Both the position numbers and the translations under genes were made by a program. This document shows, piece after piece, positions 37,924-40,994 of a stretch of DNA of 40,994 bases. Where the stretch lies: the IMG/VR virus record IMGVR_UViG_2617270943_000004, positions 1 to 40,994 of that record. The stretch is one strand, 5' to 3'. The notes below the pieces were generated by a model. It saw only the letters and a list, made by a program, of their open reading frames with translations. It was not told the DNA's origin and did no database searches. The DNA comes from a virus. Lineage: Duplodnaviria; Heunggongvirae; Uroviricota; Caudoviricetes. The first letter of the stretch is position 1; every line of letters starts with the position of its first letter.

Positions 37924-38201
37924 TGGACTCCTTCGCGGAATATACGATCATTGACTGGATAGCCTTCCTTCAAGTTTTGCTCATCTGGTTTTATATGGCT
38001 TACAGGAGTGGACAGTGGATTGTCAGTGTAGCCTGTAGCAAGGGATGGCGTTGGTGGAACAGAAAGAATAAAAAAGCACTGGCATTGGATTCGTTTTACG
38101 AAGCATTCAATCTTAACAGCCTTCAGCCTGGTTCTGTCATTGTAGTCACCACTCAAAGCGGCATGACCATTCAGATTCATAAACCAAAAGAGGAAAAATG
38201 A
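37923..38201 (+). CDS. Hypothetical membrane protein
   Basis: 92 aa; N-terminal hydrophobic segment IIDWIAFLQVLLIWFYMAY. Confidence 0.4.
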   Translation: MDSFAEYTIIDWIAFLQVLLIWFYMAYRSGQWIVSVACSKGWRWWNRKNKKALALDSFYEAFNLNSLQPGSVIVVTTQSGMTIQIHKPKEEK

Positions 38202-38287
38202 TGTGGCCTATATGTGTTAATTGCGGACGGATGTGCCTATCTGGATGGTGCCGAAAGTGCGACAAATGCACGAAGCAAAGACAATAA
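38198..38287 (+). CDS. Hypothetical Cys-rich micro-protein
   Basis: 29 aa with seven Cys (CxxC...C...C..C..C); ATGA overlap upstream. Confidence 0.25.
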   Translation: MMWPICVNCGRMCLSGWCRKCDKCTKQRQ

Positions 38288-38359
38288 CAATCCTCGCACT
38301 CGCGGGGATTTCTTTTATCTGAACTCGCTACGGCGAGTTTTGTTTTATGGAGATGATAA

Positions 38360-38527
38360 ATGCACTTCCGAGTCACAGGTGAATGGAATGGAGAGCCATT
38401 CGACAGGGTTATCGAAGCAGAGGACATCAACGACTGCTATGACCACTGGATAATATGGGCGCAGATAGCACATGCAGACATAACCAATATTCGAATTGAA
38501 GAACTGAAAGAACACCAAGCCGCCTGA
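38360..38527 (+). CDS. Hypothetical small protein
   Basis: 55 aa; GGAG RBS; stop lies inside a terminator hairpin. Confidence 0.3.
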   Translation: MHFRVTGEWNGEPFDRVIEAEDINDCYDHWIIWAQIAHADITNIRIEELKEHQAA

Positions 38528-38541
38528 TGGCGGTTTTTTTA
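38519..38541 (+). terminator. Intrinsic terminator
   Basis: GCCGCC-TGAT-GGCGG followed by TTTTTTT. Confidence 0.55.
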
Positions 38542-38554
38542 TTGGAGACAAGAA

Positions 38555-38899
38555 ATGTCAGATTTGGCTATGAAGGTTTTGAAATGGCAATCGACTGGCG
38601 ATGTTGGCATCAGTAGCGCAACTCTTGCCTCAATCGCATGTGGCCTGAAAAAGAATATCTATGGTCATCACTTCGGCGCTCCACATGATGCAGCCGATTT
38701 CCGGCGATGCGTTGCACTTGTTGAGCAGATTCCAGAAATCAGAGATTCATTCGACAAGGTTGCAAAGCGCGTTCCGGCATTCAAAGGAATCCTCAACGAA
38801 TGGGATTCACTCGTTGCTCTGTTGAAGTCTGAAATGAAGACGTACGGGAACAAAGCACCAGAGACTTACAGAAGAATCAGCGAGCTACGCAAGGACTAA
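38555..38899 (+). CDS. Hypothetical protein, terminator-insulated (moron-like)
   Basis: 114 aa; GGAG RBS; terminator-like hairpins on both sides. Confidence 0.45.
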   Translation: MSDLAMKVLKWQSTGDVGISSATLASIACGLKKNIYGHHFGAPHDAADFRRCVALVEQIPEIRDSFDKVAKRVPAFKGILNEWDSLVALLKSEMKTYGNKAPETYRRISELRKD

Positions 38900-38955
38900 C
38901 CCGCCTCACACTCGATGAGGCATTTTCATTTATCAAGATATCCAGACCTACCATC

Positions 38956-38978
38956 GCCGCATCAATGCGGTTTTTTTA
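38956..38978 (+). terminator. Weak intrinsic terminator
   Basis: Short stem CCGC/GCGG then TTTTTTT. Confidence 0.4.
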
Positions 38979-38987
38979 TTACCTGAT

Positions 38988-39003
38988 TTGCAGGTTCGAT
39001 TCC
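38988..39003. repeat. 16-bp displaced copy of the tRNA-Arg T-arm
   Basis: TTGCAGGTTCGATTCC is identical to tRNA positions 1054-1069; lies 293 bp upstream of the attR core. Confidence 0.6.
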
Positions 39004-39022
39004 CTATTCGGAGATAGCACTC

Positions 39023-39223
39023 ATGCAACACGAACTACAGCCTGATTCCCTGGTTGATTTGAAATTCATCATGGCCGATACTGGCTTCGGTAAAACCTTC
39101 ATCTATGACCGGATTAAGTCCGGAGACCTGCCTAAAGCCAAAGTTATCCACGGGCGAGCACGATGGTTATATCGTGACCATTGTGAATTCAAAAATAAGC
39201 TCTTAAGCCGCGCTAATGGGTAA
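39023..39223 (+). CDS. torI: Excisionase / recombination directionality factor, AlpA-TorI family
   Basis: 66 aa; GGAG RBS; sits between the tRNA T-arm copy and the attR core; recalled as the partner of IntS in KplE1; symbol tentative. Confidence 0.55.
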   Translation: MQHELQPDSLVDLKFIMADTGFGKTFIYDRIKSGDLPKAKVIHGRARWLYRDHCEFKNKLLSRANG

Positions 39224-39296
39224 ATTAGCGGGTAAAATATTTCTCACATCTAAAAAATACCATTCTAATCAATCCCCTGCCACCTCAAGTAGATGT

Positions 39297-39317
39297 CTGC
39301 AGGGGACACCATTTATC
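39297..39317. repeat. attR core (21-bp direct repeat of attL)
   Basis: CTGCAGGGGACACCATTTATC identical to 1069-1089; inverted CCCCTGC at 39284-39290 just upstream. Confidence 0.75.
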
Positions 39318-39746
39318 CTTCCAACGAAATCTACCTTCCCCGCGTAAAAGTTGGGTTTGGCAGCACACTTGCCCTAAATCTACTCATTTTCCCTGCAACA
39401 GGTTGAAATCTCAGCACTGTGCGGCGATGACTAAACAGCCCCGGGCCTGGCAATGTAATCATCACACAGAATCCTGATCGCGAAATCTGGCTTGACTCGA
39501 TACTTCACTCCGCAATGCATTCCTTGATGGATTAGCAGGCCCGTGATACACGGGACAGGTCGCTGAATTACGACAATTTCCTGGAAATCAGCGAACCGCG
39601 TATCCTGAGAACATTTGAGCGACTGTTCCAGAACATGAATGAGGCGTTTGGATTAGGCGATTATTAGCCGCGCTAAGCATTTTGGTATTATTATTTTCCG
39701 GTTGAGGGATATAGAGCTATCGACAACAACCGGAAAGAGTTTACGT

Positions 39747-40994
39747 CTATATTGCAGAAGGTACAGGCGTTTCCATCACCATTTGCTCACGCTTTTTACT
39801 CAGGAAGAAAATGCCAAATAACAACATCAGGCAGACAATACCCGAAATTACGAAGAAAACCGTCTGGTAACCTGCATGGTCAAAAAGTATTCCAGTCGGC
39901 GTTGAAAGCAACACAATCCCCAACGAACTGGCAATTTGAAAACCAATCAGAAAGATCGTCGACGACAGGCGCTTATCAAAGTTTGCCACGCTGTATTTGA
40001 AGACGGAAATGACACACAGTGGAACCTCAATGGCATGTAACAGCTTCACTAATGAAATAATCCAGGGATTAACGAACAGTGCGCAGGAAAGAATACGCAA
40101 CGCCATAATCACAACACCGATAAGTAATGCATTTTTTGGCCCTACCCGGTTAACAAAGAAAGGAATAATGGCCATGCACAGCGCTTCGAGTACAACCTGG
40201 AATGAGTTGAGATAACCATACAGGCGCGTTCCTACATCGTGTGATTCGAATAAACCTGCATAAAAAACAGGAAAGAGCTGTTGATCAAAAATGTTATAGA
40301 AAGACCACGTCCCCACAATAAATATGACGAAAATCCAGAAGTTTCGATCCTTGAAAACTGCAATAAAATCCTCTTTTTTTACCCCTCCCGCATCTGCCGC
40401 TACGCACTGCTGATCCTGATATTTAAAACGCATGTTGATCATCATAAATACAGCGCCAAATAGCGAAACCAACCAGAAGTTGATATGGGGACTGATACTG
40501 AAAAATATGCCAGCAAAGAACGCGCCAATCGCATAGCCAAAAGATCCCCAGGCGCGCGCTGTTCCATATTCGAAATGAAAATTTCGTGCCATTTTTTCGG
40601 TGAAGCTATCAAGCAGACCGCAGCCCGCCAGATACCCCAAGCCAAAAAAGAGCGCCCCCAAAATTAGACCTACAGAAAAATTGCTTTGCAGTAACGGTTC
40701 ATAAACGTAAATCATAAACGGTCCGGTCAAGACCAGGATGAAACTCATACACCAGATAAGCGGTTTCTTCAGACCGAGTTTATCCTGGACGATGCCGTAG
40801 ACCATCATAAATAGAATACTGGTAAACTGGTTGACCGAATAAAGTGTACCTAATTCCGTCCCAGTCAACCCTAGATGTCCTTTCAGCCAAATAGCGTATA
40901 ACGACCACCACAGCGACCAGGAAATAAAAAAGAGAAATGAGTAACTGGATGCAAAACGATAGTACACATTTCTGAATGGTATATTCAGTGCCAT
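39747..40994 (-). CDS. cscB: LacY-family sugar:H+ symporter, sucrose permease-like (host gene)
   Basis: 415 aa; start codon is the last three bases of the window; 12-TM-like profile; recalled close match to CscB, whose locus lies near argW in sucrose-positive E. coli. Confidence 0.7.
   Translation of the reverse strand: MALNIPFRNVYYRFASSYSFLFFISWSLWWSLYAIWLKGHLGLTGTELGTLYSVNQFTSILFMMVYGIVQDKLGLKKPLIWCMSFILVLTGPFMIYVYEPLLQSNFSVGLILGALFFGLGYLAGCGLLDSFTEKMARNFHFEYGTARAWGSFGYAIGAFFAGIFFSISPHINFWLVSLFGAVFMMINMRFKYQDQQCVAADAGGVKKEDFIAVFKDRNFWIFVIFIVGTWSFYNIFDQQLFPVFYAGLFESHDVGTRLYGYLNSFQVVLEALCMAIIPFFVNRVGPKNALLIGVVIMALRILSCALFVNPWIISLVKLLHAIEVPLCVISVFKYSVANFDKRLSSTIFLIGFQIASSLGIVLLSTPTGILFDHAGYQTVFFVISGIVCLMLLFGIFFLSKKREQMVMETPVPSAI

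Larger units (their letters stand above)
1069..39317. mobile_element. P22-like lambdoid prophage (about 38.2 kb) integrated at tRNA-Arg
   Basis: Bounded by the 21-bp direct repeat; contains integrase, a full podovirus structural and lysis set, lambdoid immunity and replication modules, and an excisionase. Confidence 0.85.

Noticed and set aside
38988-39003. Second tRNA gene near attR
   Set aside because: Only a 16-bp T-arm fragment is present; no acceptor, D or anticodon arms.
1-40994. Transposase, IS element, CRISPR array or rRNA
   Set aside because: No inverted-repeat-bounded transposase ORF, no regular repeat-spacer array and no rRNA-like sequence were seen anywhere in the window.

Overview
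This window is a roughly 38 kb P22-like (short-tailed, lambdoid) prophage integrated in an Escherichia-type tRNA-Arg(CCU) gene (argW), flanked by a yfdC-like membrane-protein gene on the left and a LacY-family sucrose-permease-like gene (cscB-like) on the right. A 21-bp direct repeat (1069-1089 and 39297-39317) marks attL and attR. All calls rest on reading the sequence and on recalled family knowledge; no database search was run, so family names are hypotheses to be confirmed by alignment. Gene order from attL: IntS-like integrase (+); then on the minus strand the tailspike, an immI-like block (two antirepressor-like genes, arc-like), ejection proteins, tail needle, coat, scaffold, portal, terminase, Rha, a pinholin / SAR-endolysin / Rz-Rz1 lysis cassette, two phage tRNAs, a Q-like antiterminator, nin genes, a DnaB-type helicase, an O-like initiator with ori iterons, cII and cro. 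On the plus strand are mnt-like and a lipoprotein gene inside the immI block, then cI, N, a cIII-like gene, erf, an SSB-like gene, a string of small coupled ea-type ORFs and a TorI/AlpA-like excisionase next to attR. The features most worth follow-up are a predicted sar-like antisense RNA over the antirepressor start, a lipoprotein in the sieA slot, two free-standing HNH-AP2 endonuclease genes, a mosaic cI with a non-lambda operator family, an oop-like antisense terminator inside cII, and the split placement of integrase and excisionase at opposite prophage ends. No single obviously novel multi-gene system could be proven from sequence alone; the candidates are listed as findings.
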